64,000 nt of DNA from Candidatus Dojkabacteria bacterium (GTDB taxonomy: Bacteria > Patescibacteriota > Dojkabacteria > J137). Each line of letters begins with the position of its first letter. The stretch's first letter is position 1. The notes below the pieces were generated by a model. That model was given only the letters and a program-made list of their open reading frames with translations. It was not told where the DNA came from and made no database searches. The DNA lies in contig JBGSZB010000029.1 of the NCBI GenBank assembly GCA_041750555.1, positions 672 to 64,671 of the forward strand, in the 5' to 3' direction. This document shows positions 19,816 through 30,547 of this stretch, piece by piece. The position numbers and the translations under genes were made by a program.

Positions 19816-21403
19816 TATAAAAAATCTTAAAACACTAACTGGCAAATACTTGATCGATATATCTCTATTTTTAGCAAACAATATACTTTTAGCTGGGATT
19901 TTCTCATTTTTAGTTAGAAATATTGTAAGTTTAGATAGATATGAAACATTAAAATTCCTAATTATCTATTTTATATTCTTTTCTTTGCTTACTCTTACCT
20001 ACTACTACATAGAGTCTAAAATACTGATGCTTGGATTAAATAGAAAAACTTTCAGAACCTTTAACCTTTTTTTAATTTTTGTATCTATTGTACTTTTTTT
20101 TCATTACTTTGTAGGAGAAAGAAGACCTTTGCTTCTTTCAGGGATCTTAATCATTTTAATTAGATTAATAATATTAAAGTTGTCTCTAAGGGCAAGCTTC
20201 TTCCAACATTTAAAAAACTTAATTCAAAAAAAATACTTACCCTTTATAATAGTTTTAGCTATTTATTCAATAATGGTTTTATTCCTATATATTTTCCATA
20301 AACAGCCTGGGTTAAATCAATTGGTCTGGGAGAATTCTGATTCTGTAGCATATAAAAACTTAAGTAATACTCTCGTTTTACTCTCTCCAGCTAAAAGCGT
20401 TTTCTCACTAGGATTACCACTTATTATGGCTCCCCTTAATCTAGTAATGCAAACTTTTCAGTATATGAATAATATATATTATGACAACATTTTAAACCTT
20501 CCCTTGTTGATTTTTGTAGGATTTATAATCACACCTTTAGCAATAACCTTAGCTATTAAGAGTGCATTAATAAAATCTAAGGAGTTTATAACTAACAAAA
20601 TATATCTAATTATTACAAGTATAGTAATTTTAACTTTATTACTTTACTTTACTATCCTACCATCTCATTATGAGTTTCTGACAATTGATGATACTCAACG
20701 AATGTGGCTAAGAGTTACAGGTTTTGTAGCAGCTGTAGAGCCCTTAATTAACCTAGGTTCAGCAATATTTTTACTTTGCTTAGCATACCTTCCTAAAAAA
20801 AGATTTAGCCCACTATTAATTGGATTAATTGGAGGGTTATATCTTCTTGTAAAAGAACCTAACTTTGTAATCTGGGGGTTATTTTTAATATTTATGCTCT
20901 TAAAGAGTAAATCAATATGGTGGAGTTTTAAAGCTGGGCTAGTTTCCCTTGCAGTTTATAGCTTACAATTGTTATATAATTTCTTTCTTTATGGAGATCC
21001 GATTAGTGCAGGAAGAGCTGCTCAAGATGAAAAAGTTGGGCTTAAATTTATTGAACATGTTAAAAACACATATGGTATAGAGTTTGAAAGTGCCCCTAGA
21101 ATTAGTCTTGAGTATCTTGGACATAATCTTGAGATGATTTTGCAAACATACTTAATCCCCATAATCTTACTTGTAGTTATTATATTTTTTCTATTAAGAA
21201 GTAAATTCGTAGATAAATTTGTACTAGCATTTTCTATAGTAAACATAGGGTTTTTCTTTATCTTTTATTCGATGTATATAAGATTAGGTGCTACAACAAG
21301 ATACTTTAGTGTACTCTTACCTTTTATTATCTATATAGTAGTAAGCGCTTCCCTGTTAATTATTAATCTAATAAGAAAAAGAAGAGGTTTAAAAGTTAAT
21401 TAG
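19805..21403 (+). CDS. Polytopic membrane protein, possible GT-C glycosyltransferase
   Basis: More than 10 TMs, SDSVAY loop, KEP, YN..YG.P, C-terminal RY. Confidence 0.55.
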   Translation: MRINIKNLKTLTGKYLIDISLFLANNILLAGIFSFLVRNIVSLDRYETLKFLIIYFIFFSLLTLTYYYIESKILMLGLNRKTFRTFNLFLIFVSIVLFFHYFVGERRPLLLSGILIILIRLIILKLSLRASFFQHLKNLIQKKYLPFIIVLAIYSIMVLFLYIFHKQPGLNQLVWENSDSVAYKNLSNTLVLLSPAKSVFSLGLPLIMAPLNLVMQTFQYMNNIYYDNILNLPLLIFVGFIITPLAITLAIKSALIKSKEFITNKIYLIITSIVILTLLLYFTILPSHYEFLTIDDTQRMWLRVTGFVAAVEPLINLGSAIFLLCLAYLPKKRFSPLLIGLIGGLYLLVKEPNFVIWGLFLIFMLLKSKSIWWSFKAGLVSLAVYSLQLLYNFFLYGDPISAGRAAQDEKVGLKFIEHVKNTYGIEFESAPRISLEYLGHNLEMILQTYLIPIILLVVIIFFLLRSKFVDKFVLAFSIVNIGFFFIFYSMYIRLGATTRYFSVLLPFIIYIVVSASLLIINLIRKRRGLKVN

Positions 21404-22850
21404 TACAATTATACTTTACTGAGTCTAAGTCGCTATTAAAGCTAATTAAAAGTACTGAATTTATAATGTAAACACGGTTAACTTCATCACTCATGTTAAT
21501 GCAGTTTAAATCATTATTATAGTTTTCCTCTACGTATTTACTTGTTTGATTATAATGACCAAACTTAACATTTCTATAATACTCACTATTTTTAATAGAA
21601 TCATACATTACTGGAGATATATTCATTAAAGGACTTTCATACCCATCTCTTCTAGATATATTAAAATTTGAATTGGCTATATCAGACTTTGTAATATAGT
21701 AATTATGAAAAATCATTAAATCTTGTCCATTTAAGAAACCACCTAAAGGAAGGGAGTTAAAGTAGATTATCAAAACTAATACAGTGAAAAAGATTATGTT
21801 TCTAATTCTACTAATATATTTATTAACTAAGTATCCTAATATTAAATATATCCATGGTGTTAGATAAACTAAGAACCTTCTATCCTGCCAATCGTATAGA
21901 TGAACCCAAAAGACCCAAGTTATCAAAAATCCTGAAACTAAAAATATAAACTGTCTATTTTTTAAAATTTCTCTATGTTTAAAAAAGCTTAATAGGAGTA
22001 AACCAAGCAAAATAATCATTACAAATCCAAAAAAAGTATGTGTATTAAAAATATAGAATATTGTATTGGCAATATTTGGTTTTATTAATTCAAACTGAGT
22101 AACTTTTGTATAGAAAAAGCTATTAAATTCTAAAAACTTATACAAATGCCAAGGTAGAATTACTAAAAGAGCTAGAATAGATGGTAGAAAGATAATAAAA
22201 AGCTTATATAGATTATTTCTTAAATCTTTCACACTCTTAATAATTTGATTACGAAATAAATAAATATAGTAAAGAATCCAAAGAATAAAAAGATAATATC
22301 CAAAATTTTGAAATAGCATTGATACCGTAAGGCTTAAGAATGATAGATACCATTTATTCCTTATCAAGAAACAAATCGAGGTAGCTATAAATGCAACAGC
22401 ATAAAAGTCAGCTAATATATAATTACTTCCTAGATTCAGGGAATAGTTAAAAAATACTAGAAGTGCAATAGCAAGTGAGATTCTTAAATTTTTAGTCATA
22501 CTCTTAACAGAGTAATAAATTGAAGATATCATTAAGAAAAAGATACCCTGGTTAATTAGTGGCAGAAGATATATAGCTCCTAACCTATTTAGTATTGATA
22601 TTATTAAAGGAAGTCCGAGATTTCTAAAAGTAATCGAATCATTCTCCAAGAATCTAACTCCATTAGCAATCCAATCAAAACTATCACTATATGTGAACTT
22701 ATAGATATCTAAAAACCCATCAATATCCCCCACCATTGGGGTTATTAGTAAATATTTTATAAAAAGGGTAACTCCAATAGCTGTTAGGATTGATACTTCA
22801 ATCTTATTTCTTTTTATATACTTAACTATTCTTTGGAACATATTATGCAT
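21396..22850 (-). CDS. Polytopic membrane protein, possible GT-C glycosyltransferase
   Basis: SDSFDW loop, many TMs, DRRF late motif; in the glycan locus. Confidence 0.55.
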   Translation of the reverse strand: MHNMFQRIVKYIKRNKIEVSILTAIGVTLFIKYLLITPMVGDIDGFLDIYKFTYSDSFDWIANGVRFLENDSITFRNLGLPLIISILNRLGAIYLLPLINQGIFFLMISSIYYSVKSMTKNLRISLAIALLVFFNYSLNLGSNYILADFYAVAFIATSICFLIRNKWYLSFLSLTVSMLFQNFGYYLFILWILYYIYLFRNQIIKSVKDLRNNLYKLFIIFLPSILALLVILPWHLYKFLEFNSFFYTKVTQFELIKPNIANTIFYIFNTHTFFGFVMIILLGLLLLSFFKHREILKNRQFIFLVSGFLITWVFWVHLYDWQDRRFLVYLTPWIYLILGYLVNKYISRIRNIIFFTVLVLIIYFNSLPLGGFLNGQDLMIFHNYYITKSDIANSNFNISRRDGYESPLMNISPVMYDSIKNSEYYRNVKFGHYNQTSKYVEENYNNDLNCINMSDEVNRVYIINSVLLISFNSDLDSVKYNCTN

Positions 22851-22936
22851 TAACCTTACTAGTAGGTTTAAATTGACTTTAAGATCTTAAAATTTACTAT
22901 ATGATAGAATATCATATATTTTGTTAAATTAACTAT

Positions 22937-24214
22937 ATGAAAGTTTCAGTAATAGGATTAGGCTATGTCGGTTTACCACTACTTATAGCAATGAGTAATA
23001 AAACAAAACATAAAGTTGTGGGGTTTGATATTTCTCAAAAAACAATTGATAAAATAAATAATAATATATGTCCAGTAATTGATGAACAAACAGAGGAAGA
23101 ATTTAAAAAATCACAGAAGCTTAATGTTTCTAATGACATTAAAAGTATAAAAGACTCAGATGTATATATAATATGTGTTCCAACTCCAATTAATAGTGAT
23201 TTTGATCCTGATTATGGTCCTGTAATTGGTGCTACAAAAACAGTTTGTACATATTTAAAAAAAGGAAACATTGTTATTCTAGAATCAACAGTTAATCCTG
23301 GAACTTGTGAAGAAGTAATGGCTCCTGTTATCGAAGAAGTAACAAAATTAAAAATGGGTAAGGACTATGATATTGTACATGCACCTGAAAGAATTAATCC
23401 AGGGGATAAGACTTGGAATGTAACTAATTTATCAAGAAATATTGGAGGTTCTAGAATTGAAGCTAGTGAAAAAATTAAAAGGCTCTACTCTGAGTTTATT
23501 ACTGCTAATTTAAATGTAGTATCTAATTTAAAAGTAGCAGAAGCTTCTAAAATAGTTGAAAACTCATTTAGAGATTTAAACATTGCATTTGTAAATGAAT
23601 TAGCAAAATCATTTGATGCAATGGGAGTAGATTTAATAGAAACAATACAAGCTGCATCATCTAAATTTAGTTTTATGCCTCATTGGCCAGGTCCTGGAGT
23701 TGGAGGACATTGTATAGCAGTTGACCCATACTACTTAATTAAAAGAGCAGCTAAGTCTGGGTTTGACCATAGATTAATGAAAGAAGCTAGAAATATTAAT
23801 AATAGTATGCCAGATTACACAATTAGTAAATTATCTCTTTTATTAAATAGCTTAGAGCTTTCAATTAAGGGTACTAAAATTGCTCTTTTAGGTTTAAGCT
23901 ATAAACCTGAAGTTGGAGATTTAAGAGAAAGTCCATCACTTGTTTTAAAAAATAAACTTGAGAAGTTAGGTGCAGATTTAAATGTTTATGAACCATTTGT
24001 ACTATCACTATCTAATGTTAAAACGTTAGAAGAGGCTGTTAAGGGTTGTGATGTAGTTCTACTTACAACAGCTCATAACGAATTTAAGGATAAACTTACA
24101 GGTAGTTTCTTAAAGAAAATGAAAGTTAGGGCAGTTTTAGATACAAGAAACTGTTTAGACTTTAAAGATATTAGGAAAAATAAGGTATTATATACAGGAA
24201 TAGGTAGAAGTTAA
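22937..24214 (+). CDS. UDP-N-acetylhexosamine/nucleotide-sugar dehydrogenase (WecC/TviB-like)
   Basis: GLGYVGLP, CVPTP, LESTVNPG, PERINPG, GVGGHCIAVDP, YKPEVGDLRESP. Confidence 0.92.
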   Translation: MKVSVIGLGYVGLPLLIAMSNKTKHKVVGFDISQKTIDKINNNICPVIDEQTEEEFKKSQKLNVSNDIKSIKDSDVYIICVPTPINSDFDPDYGPVIGATKTVCTYLKKGNIVILESTVNPGTCEEVMAPVIEEVTKLKMGKDYDIVHAPERINPGDKTWNVTNLSRNIGGSRIEASEKIKRLYSEFITANLNVVSNLKVAEASKIVENSFRDLNIAFVNELAKSFDAMGVDLIETIQAASSKFSFMPHWPGPGVGGHCIAVDPYYLIKRAAKSGFDHRLMKEARNINNSMPDYTISKLSLLLNSLELSIKGTKIALLGLSYKPEVGDLRESPSLVLKNKLEKLGADLNVYEPFVLSLSNVKTLEEAVKGCDVVLLTTAHNEFKDKLTGSFLKKMKVRAVLDTRNCLDFKDIRKNKVLYTGIGRS

Positions 24215-25674
24215 TGAAATTAATACAAGATAGATTAGCAGTTTATACAGCAATATATGGGGGTACCGATATATTAATCGATCCCCCTATAATTCCAGCT
24301 AATTGTGATTTCTTTTGTTTTACAGATAGAGATGATGTAGATTCTAGTATTTTTAAAGTAATTAAAACTCCTAGACTATTTCCTAATGATACTAATAGAT
24401 CTGCTAAATTCTTTAAAGTATTTCCACATAAAGTATTACCCGACTATGAATACTCTTTTTGGATAGATGCTAGAACATATATTAAAGATGAAAATATATT
24501 TAAAAAAACTGTTAACTTACTTAAGGATAATAACTTAGCAATATTTAAACACCCTGAACGAACTTCAATTTATGATGAGGCTAAAACTTGTATAGATTGG
24601 GGTAAAGATAAGGCTGAAATTATTAATCCTCAAATAGAAAAATACAAAAAGGATGGTTACTTAGATCAAGTAAGATTAATTGCAGGTACTTTCATATTTA
24701 GAAGACATCATTCTCGCGATGTAATTAAATTTGAAGAAGGTTGGTGGAAAGAAATACTAAAACACAGTAAAAGAGATCAGATTAGTTTCCCATATATTGC
24801 ATGGAAAACTAAGTTAAAGTTTAACGTAATTGAGAAAGACACTAACAACAACAACTTAGTTGGGGTATTAAGGTATAGAGAAAGAGATACACTTAAAACA
24901 ATAAAGATTTCAAATAAAAAGAACGGGAACAATATTGTTATTTACTCTGCTCTATTTGGAGACATAGACAACTATATTGAACATAATAAAATACCGGGGT
25001 GTGATATTGTACTTTTTACTGATAATAAAGAGTTAAAGCTTAAAAATACTAAAAAGATATTAATTGATCCTAATGGTTTTGATTCTAGAAAACTAGCTAG
25101 AATGTTTAAAACATTACCACATAAGTTTTTCCCAAACTATGAATACTCAATATGGATTGATGCTAGTATAGAAATAACTAATGATGCACTTGTAGATTTA
25201 ACATATAACTCTATTCAAACAAAAGATCTGGCGTGTTTCAAACATATGCATAGAGACACTCTTTATGATGAAGTTAATTCATGTTTAGAAAGAAAAAAAG
25301 ATAATCCATTTATTCTTACAACACAATACAGAGACTATAAAGCGGATAAATTTATTGATAATGGAACATTAATAGAATCAGGTGTATTAATAAGAAAACA
25401 CATGAATCCAGCATTAATTACCTTTTCTGAGAATTGGTGGAAAGAGATAAAAAAGTATTCAATAAGAGATCAGATTAGTTTTCCTTATGTACTATTTAAA
25501 AACCCAATAAAAATTAAACAATTAAGAGGCTTTATCTGGGAGAATCCATACTTTAGAGTAAGAGAACATAATGAAACTAGTTCTAAGTATGCTTCAATAA
25601 AGGTTAAACAAAATATTCTTAAAAACTTTAAGGAATACTTTAAATGGTATAAACTTTACCGGTCATTACATTAA
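24214..25674 (+). CDS. Tandem DUF616 (TOD1/MUCI70-like) glycosyltransferase
   Basis: Two copies of YTAI/YSAL..FTD..K..PHK..YEYS.WIDA..F.H..R..RDQISFPY. Confidence 0.8.
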   Translation: MKLIQDRLAVYTAIYGGTDILIDPPIIPANCDFFCFTDRDDVDSSIFKVIKTPRLFPNDTNRSAKFFKVFPHKVLPDYEYSFWIDARTYIKDENIFKKTVNLLKDNNLAIFKHPERTSIYDEAKTCIDWGKDKAEIINPQIEKYKKDGYLDQVRLIAGTFIFRRHHSRDVIKFEEGWWKEILKHSKRDQISFPYIAWKTKLKFNVIEKDTNNNNLVGVLRYRERDTLKTIKISNKKNGNNIVIYSALFGDIDNYIEHNKIPGCDIVLFTDNKELKLKNTKKILIDPNGFDSRKLARMFKTLPHKFFPNYEYSIWIDASIEITNDALVDLTYNSIQTKDLACFKHMHRDTLYDEVNSCLERKKDNPFILTTQYRDYKADKFIDNGTLIESGVLIRKHMNPALITFSENWWKEIKKYSIRDQISFPYVLFKNPIKIKQLRGFIWENPYFRVREHNETSSKYASIKVKQNILKNFKEYFKWYKLYRSLH

Positions 25675-25690
25675 ATATTAAAAAAAATAC

Positions 25691-26395
25691 ATGGCTAGAC
25701 CAACATTTAACTTAAGAAACTTTGACTTTTTAGATTTAGGTAGTAAGAAAGGTGGTTCAATACTATACTGCCAAGAAAGATTTAGTAAGATATATAACAA
25801 AAATTTAAAAGGTATTGGAGTTGATATTAATCCTGTAAGTGTAGATTATGCTATAGGGAATGGTTTTCCATCATTTGTACATGATATAACCAAGCTTAAG
25901 ATTAACAACTATAAGTTTAAATTTATCTCCTCTCTTGATTTCATGGAACATTTACCAAATAAAGAGTATGTTCCAAAAGTTGTAGAAAATATTAGTAATT
26001 TAGCATCTGACTTTTTATTCATTAGACACCCCTCTTTTGAGGATCTAGACTATTTAAAAGGATTAGGTTTAAAAATTGATTGGAACGATTGGAGTGGACA
26101 TAGTGCAATGATGAGAGTTGATGAATTTACAGAGATATTTAATAATTTAGGGCTTTCTAAATACTGTATAGTTTTTAGAAACCCAATACTTTCAAGTGAT
26201 AGTCCAAGAATTATTCCAATAGATGCTCCAGTAGATAGCCATGAATATGATAAATCTATGGGGAATAAGAAGTCCTTTAAGTTTAATAAACCAATCTATG
26301 CTCAAATTGATATGTTTGTTGCATTAAAAGATATAAAGAAAGATAAATGGAATAGAATTGTTGAAGAAAGTATTAAAATTCAGAAGTTTCTTTAA
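25691..26395 (+). CDS. SAM-dependent methyltransferase-fold protein
   Basis: FLDLGSKKG, GVDIN, DFMEHL. Confidence 0.7.
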   Translation: MARPTFNLRNFDFLDLGSKKGGSILYCQERFSKIYNKNLKGIGVDINPVSVDYAIGNGFPSFVHDITKLKINNYKFKFISSLDFMEHLPNKEYVPKVVENISNLASDFLFIRHPSFEDLDYLKGLGLKIDWNDWSGHSAMMRVDEFTEIFNNLGLSKYCIVFRNPILSSDSPRIIPIDAPVDSHEYDKSMGNKKSFKFNKPIYAQIDMFVALKDIKKDKWNRIVEESIKIQKFL

Positions 26396-28522
26396 TTACC
26401 TTTTAACTAGTTTTACAGCTTTATACAGTACTGGATATTGCATTAACTTGGCCTTTAGTTTAGCCTTTAAGAAGTTTTTAGAGTAAGGATTAAATAGATC
26501 ATTTAAAAATCTTTTAGTAAAAAACAACCCTATACCCTTCATTGAATTACCTTTATTTCCTAATTCAAGTAAATATTTTTCAATATCTTCCCCATAATTA
26601 CTACTCAATTGTAAATTACTTGAAAATTTAAAAGCTTTATCTACTCTTTTTTTATCATTATCATTTAAAAGCTCATCAAAAGCCTTCTTTAATGAATTTA
26701 AATCTGAAGCATTAAATGTATATGCGGTTGTTTCATCTACAAAATCACTTAATCCACCTACCGTTGTTGAAATTAATGGTACCTTTAATAGCATTGCTTC
26801 AAATGCTGATCTACCAAAACCTTCTGATCTAGATGCATTTATCATGGCTTTACTTGATTTAATAATTTCAAATGGATTATCAATAAATCCTAAGAAATGT
26901 ATATATTCTTCTAACTTATATTTTTTAATTAATTCAAGAATTTTAGTATAGTAATCACTATTAACATCATATTCTCCAATTAAGAGTAAATGATATTTAT
27001 CACTATCTTTTGTTTTATTTAATGTATTAATTAATTCTATAGCATCAATTTGACCTTTATTCTCTTCAATTGAACCAAGGACTACTAATCTATTACTATT
27101 AAACACTTCATCATCTTTTGTTTTAAAGTAATTAACTATCTTTTTAATATCAACTAATTGATTTCTTTCATGAAATTGTTTTTCTAATACGTGTAAGTTT
27201 GGATATCTTTGTATTAAGACTTTTGTTCTCTCCTTAATAATTTTTTTCTTTTCTTCACCTATTACATCAAAAGATCTTCCTTCCCAATGATGTATATACA
27301 TATTTGTAGATACAATTATTCTATAGCCCTTATTCAATGCTCTCATTGATAAATCAACTTCTTCTCCATAACCTTTTCCAAAGTTATCTTCATCAAAGTA
27401 ACCTATATCATTCAAAAGAGATCTTTTAATATATGTACAATATCCATGAGTTGCATGAGTCTCTATATATTTGTAAGGGGAGAATAATTCTAGTGCTTTA
27501 TTAACAATTTCAGGGTTATTTTCAAACTCTTTATTAAATTGATCTGGAACAGAGTAATAACTTGCACTATTAGATAAACTTGTAGACATACAAATATTAT
27601 CATCTTGATAAACATTAGTTCTTAATTTATCTATCCAGTTAGAAGTAACAACTGTATCTGAGTTTAATAGTATTACATCATTAGCACTTGATAACTTCAT
27701 TCCTCTATTACAATTTTTAACAAATCCTAAGTTTTCTTCGTTTTCTAAATATACAAACAAATCATTATGCTTTTTTATCCAAGTTTCTACTCTCTCTCTT
27801 AATTCTAAATCTGGTCCTTTATCAAATATTACATATACTTTATCTAAGTGAGGTGATTTATGCTTTAAAACGCTCTCTAAGCACTCTAGAATACTATCAT
27901 CTTTGTAAAAGGGTATAACTACATCAACCTTTCTTTTCTCTTTAATAGGCTTTAAATTTTGATTTTCTACAACAATCCTATTTGTAATAACTGTGGAATT
28001 TTCATTAACTATCTCTTTGGTATAAATATCTTTAAGATAATTTGAAATATATATTACTCTTGAACTACTACTGTTAATGTAATTAGCAATATCATTTTGT
28101 GGAACTATTGGTGTATAAGTTGGGTTATCAATTATTGATTCTCTAATATGCCATATATGTGGCACATTTAAGAAAGTTGAAACCATTGCTCCTACATTTG
28201 TAACTGCAGTATTTGTATATATTAAATCTACCTTTTCACCCTTTAAAAAATTATATATGTTAATAGCTTGAGTTAATATATTCTGAAACTTTATATTGTT
28301 GTTAACATTCTTTTCCCATGATAAGTTTACCCAAAGATCAAAATAGAAATGAAAACATTTAACTCCAAGTTTTGTTGATTCTTCTAAAAGGGATCCACTA
28401 TCTTCTCTACTAATTAAAAGAATTTCGTGGTTTTTTGATTTTAAATATTTAATTAATTCAAATAGTGACTCTTCAGCTCCACCTGTTTTTCTTGCTCTTG
28501 GAGTTATTATTGCTATTTTCAT
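26396..28522 (-). CDS. Hybrid glycosyltransferase: GT2 domain nested within a GT4 (GT-B) enzyme
   Basis: GGAEES...WHIRE (GT4 N), VDVVIP/NLGF/LLNSDT/GEEVD (GT2), KGQ...SEGFGRSAFEAM (GT4 C). Confidence 0.85.
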   Translation of the reverse strand: MKIAIITPRARKTGGAEESLFELIKYLKSKNHEILLISREDSGSLLEESTKLGVKCFHFYFDLWVNLSWEKNVNNNIKFQNILTQAINIYNFLKGEKVDLIYTNTAVTNVGAMVSTFLNVPHIWHIRESIIDNPTYTPIVPQNDIANYINSSSSRVIYISNYLKDIYTKEIVNENSTVITNRIVVENQNLKPIKEKRKVDVVIPFYKDDSILECLESVLKHKSPHLDKVYVIFDKGPDLELRERVETWIKKHNDLFVYLENEENLGFVKNCNRGMKLSSANDVILLNSDTVVTSNWIDKLRTNVYQDDNICMSTSLSNSASYYSVPDQFNKEFENNPEIVNKALELFSPYKYIETHATHGYCTYIKRSLLNDIGYFDEDNFGKGYGEEVDLSMRALNKGYRIIVSTNMYIHHWEGRSFDVIGEEKKKIIKERTKVLIQRYPNLHVLEKQFHERNQLVDIKKIVNYFKTKDDEVFNSNRLVVLGSIEENKGQIDAIELINTLNKTKDSDKYHLLLIGEYDVNSDYYTKILELIKKYKLEEYIHFLGFIDNPFEIIKSSKAMINASRSEGFGRSAFEAMLLKVPLISTTVGGLSDFVDETTAYTFNASDLNSLKKAFDELLNDNDKKRVDKAFKFSSNLQLSSNYGEDIEKYLLELGNKGNSMKGIGLFFTKRFLNDLFNPYSKNFLKAKLKAKLMQYPVLYKAVKLVKR

Positions 28523-28523
28523 T

Positions 28524-29714
28524 TTAATTTTTTGAAATATATTTTTGAATATCCCATGATTTATCTAGGGTTAATAACCCTCTGTCTTTGTTATCAACTT
28601 CACTCCTTTCTATATGAAACACTGTAGATCTTTTATCCATAAAAAGAACTTTATCATTATTTTCATCAAGAACTGCAACATCTACATAATAGTCACCTTC
28701 ACTTAGGTTTAAGTTTTTTAAAGTTAGATAAACTGAATCACATTCTACTAAGTTTGAAATGTTTGAAAAATTTGAAGTAGTTTCATAAATTAATAAATCA
28801 TCGTCTCTAGTTAAACTAAATTTTAAATTATAATTTTGTACTAATTTCTTATTCTGAATAGCTGCTCTTATGCTTAAATCATAATCCTTAATAATCTCTG
28901 CTCTTACTTTTGAAACTACAATATCATTGTCCACCCTGTCATATTTTTCTTCTTCTGCTTTTTGTAGCTTTTCAATTTCAAGTAAGGATTGACGATACTG
29001 ATCAATACCTGTTCTTGTATCTCCATCAAATATGACTTCTCCTTGGTTTAACCATACAACCCTATTACAGTATTTTTGAACTGAACCTAAACTGTGACTA
29101 ACATAAATAACTGTTTTACCCTGTTCAATTAGTTTATTTATAACTCCAATAGATTTAGATCTAAATGCACCATCACCTACTCCAAGTATTTCATCTAAAA
29201 TATATATATCAGCATCAGTTTGAATAGCTATTGAGAAAGCTAATCTAACCTTCATTCCACTTGAATAGTTTTTAACAGGTGTATGTATAAAGTCTCCTAA
29301 TTCTGAAAACTCTACAATATCGTTATATCTTTTTTTAATCTCCTTAGTTGTTAAACCTAAAATTGCTCCATTAAGAAATATATTTTCTCTACCAGATAGT
29401 TCTGGGTTGAATCCAACTCCTAATTCTAGAAAAGGAACCATTCTTCCATTAACCGTAACCTCTCCTCCTTTATCTGGACTATATATCCCTGCAATTACTT
29501 TTAAAAGTGTTGATTTACCACTACCATTTCTACCTATTATTCCAATAAACTCACCTTTTTTAATATCTAAATGAATATTTTTTAATGCATGAAAAGGTTT
29601 AGATTTACCTTGATTAAAAAGTGAAACAACTAGAGATCTTAATGTATCCTTTTTATTATCTGCTATAAAAAAGGATTTATTTAAATTTTTTATACTTACT
29701 GCTATATCATTCAT
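28524..29714 (-). CDS. wzt: Polysaccharide ABC exporter ATP-binding subunit with C-terminal Wzt_C-like domain
   Basis: GRNGSGKST, GFNPELSGRENI, YSSGMKVRLAF, ILDE. Confidence 0.9.
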   Translation of the reverse strand: MNDIAVSIKNLNKSFFIADNKKDTLRSLVVSLFNQGKSKPFHALKNIHLDIKKGEFIGIIGRNGSGKSTLLKVIAGIYSPDKGGEVTVNGRMVPFLELGVGFNPELSGRENIFLNGAILGLTTKEIKKRYNDIVEFSELGDFIHTPVKNYSSGMKVRLAFSIAIQTDADIYILDEILGVGDGAFRSKSIGVINKLIEQGKTVIYVSHSLGSVQKYCNRVVWLNQGEVIFDGDTRTGIDQYRQSLLEIEKLQKAEEEKYDRVDNDIVVSKVRAEIIKDYDLSIRAAIQNKKLVQNYNLKFSLTRDDDLLIYETTSNFSNISNLVECDSVYLTLKNLNLSEGDYYVDVAVLDENNDKVLFMDKRSTVFHIERSEVDNKDRGLLTLDKSWDIQKYISKN

Positions 29715-29717
29715 AGT

Positions 29718-30500
29718 TTAAAAATACTCAGCTACTCTTTTTATTCTTTTGTTAAAGAATGACCAACCTAAAATAAAGATAATTAATGATCCTAAAAAGA
29801 ATATTATTCCCTTTTCTACATCAATTGTTCCATATACTCCTAACGCTGCTCTTACCTGATTAATTAATATTCCTACAGGGTTATATTTTAATATATATGA
29901 CATAACGCCTCCACTCCCTAAAGGGAAACTTGAAAGTGTAAAAAATATTGGTGTTAACCAATAAAGTAAAAAGAAACCTAGATCTACAATGTTTTTTAAA
30001 TCTCTAAATCTAATTGAAACTATACTAAAAAAGAAAGATATTCCAAGACATGCAATAAATGCACTTATTGTTAAGAAGATAAAGTACGCAAGACCTCCTA
30101 ATGTAACTTGAATATTATTAGCTAATATAAAGATTACTATTAACAACATATTTATTACTAAATTGATAAGTGCATTAAATTGAGATGCAATAACAGCTAT
30201 TTGTCTTGGGAAATTAACTTTAAGAATAATTCCTGCCTTATCTAGTAAAGACATCATACCCAGGGTTACCATTTCAGTTATATATGTATAAAAGATTATT
30301 CCAGTTAGTAAATAAAGTGAGAAAAATTCAACATCGTCATTTTGTCTAATCCTACTCCATATTAGAAAAAGAACTATAAAAGTTGCATATGGCTTTATTA
30401 ATACCCATAAAACTCCTAGTACGGAGTTTTGATATCTCATCTTAAAGCTTGTTTTTATTAGTTCTTTTAAAAGTGTAAAAGAGTTACGTGTTTTAATCAT
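29718..30500 (-). CDS. wzm: Polysaccharide ABC exporter permease
   Basis: RYQNSVLGVLWVLIKP, FRD, TPIF, NP; 6 TMs; adjacent to wzt. Confidence 0.9.
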   Translation of the reverse strand: MIKTRNSFTLLKELIKTSFKMRYQNSVLGVLWVLIKPYATFIVLFLIWSRIRQNDDVEFFSLYLLTGIIFYTYITEMVTLGMMSLLDKAGIILKVNFPRQIAVIASQFNALINLVINMLLIVIFILANNIQVTLGGLAYFIFLTISAFIACLGISFFFSIVSIRFRDLKNIVDLGFFLLYWLTPIFFTLSSFPLGSGGVMSYILKYNPVGILINQVRAALGVYGTIDVEKGIIFFLGSLIIFILGWSFFNKRIKRVAEYF

Positions 30501-30547
30501 ATTACTTATCTTACAGGTTATTATACAATAGTAGATTTAATTAACAA

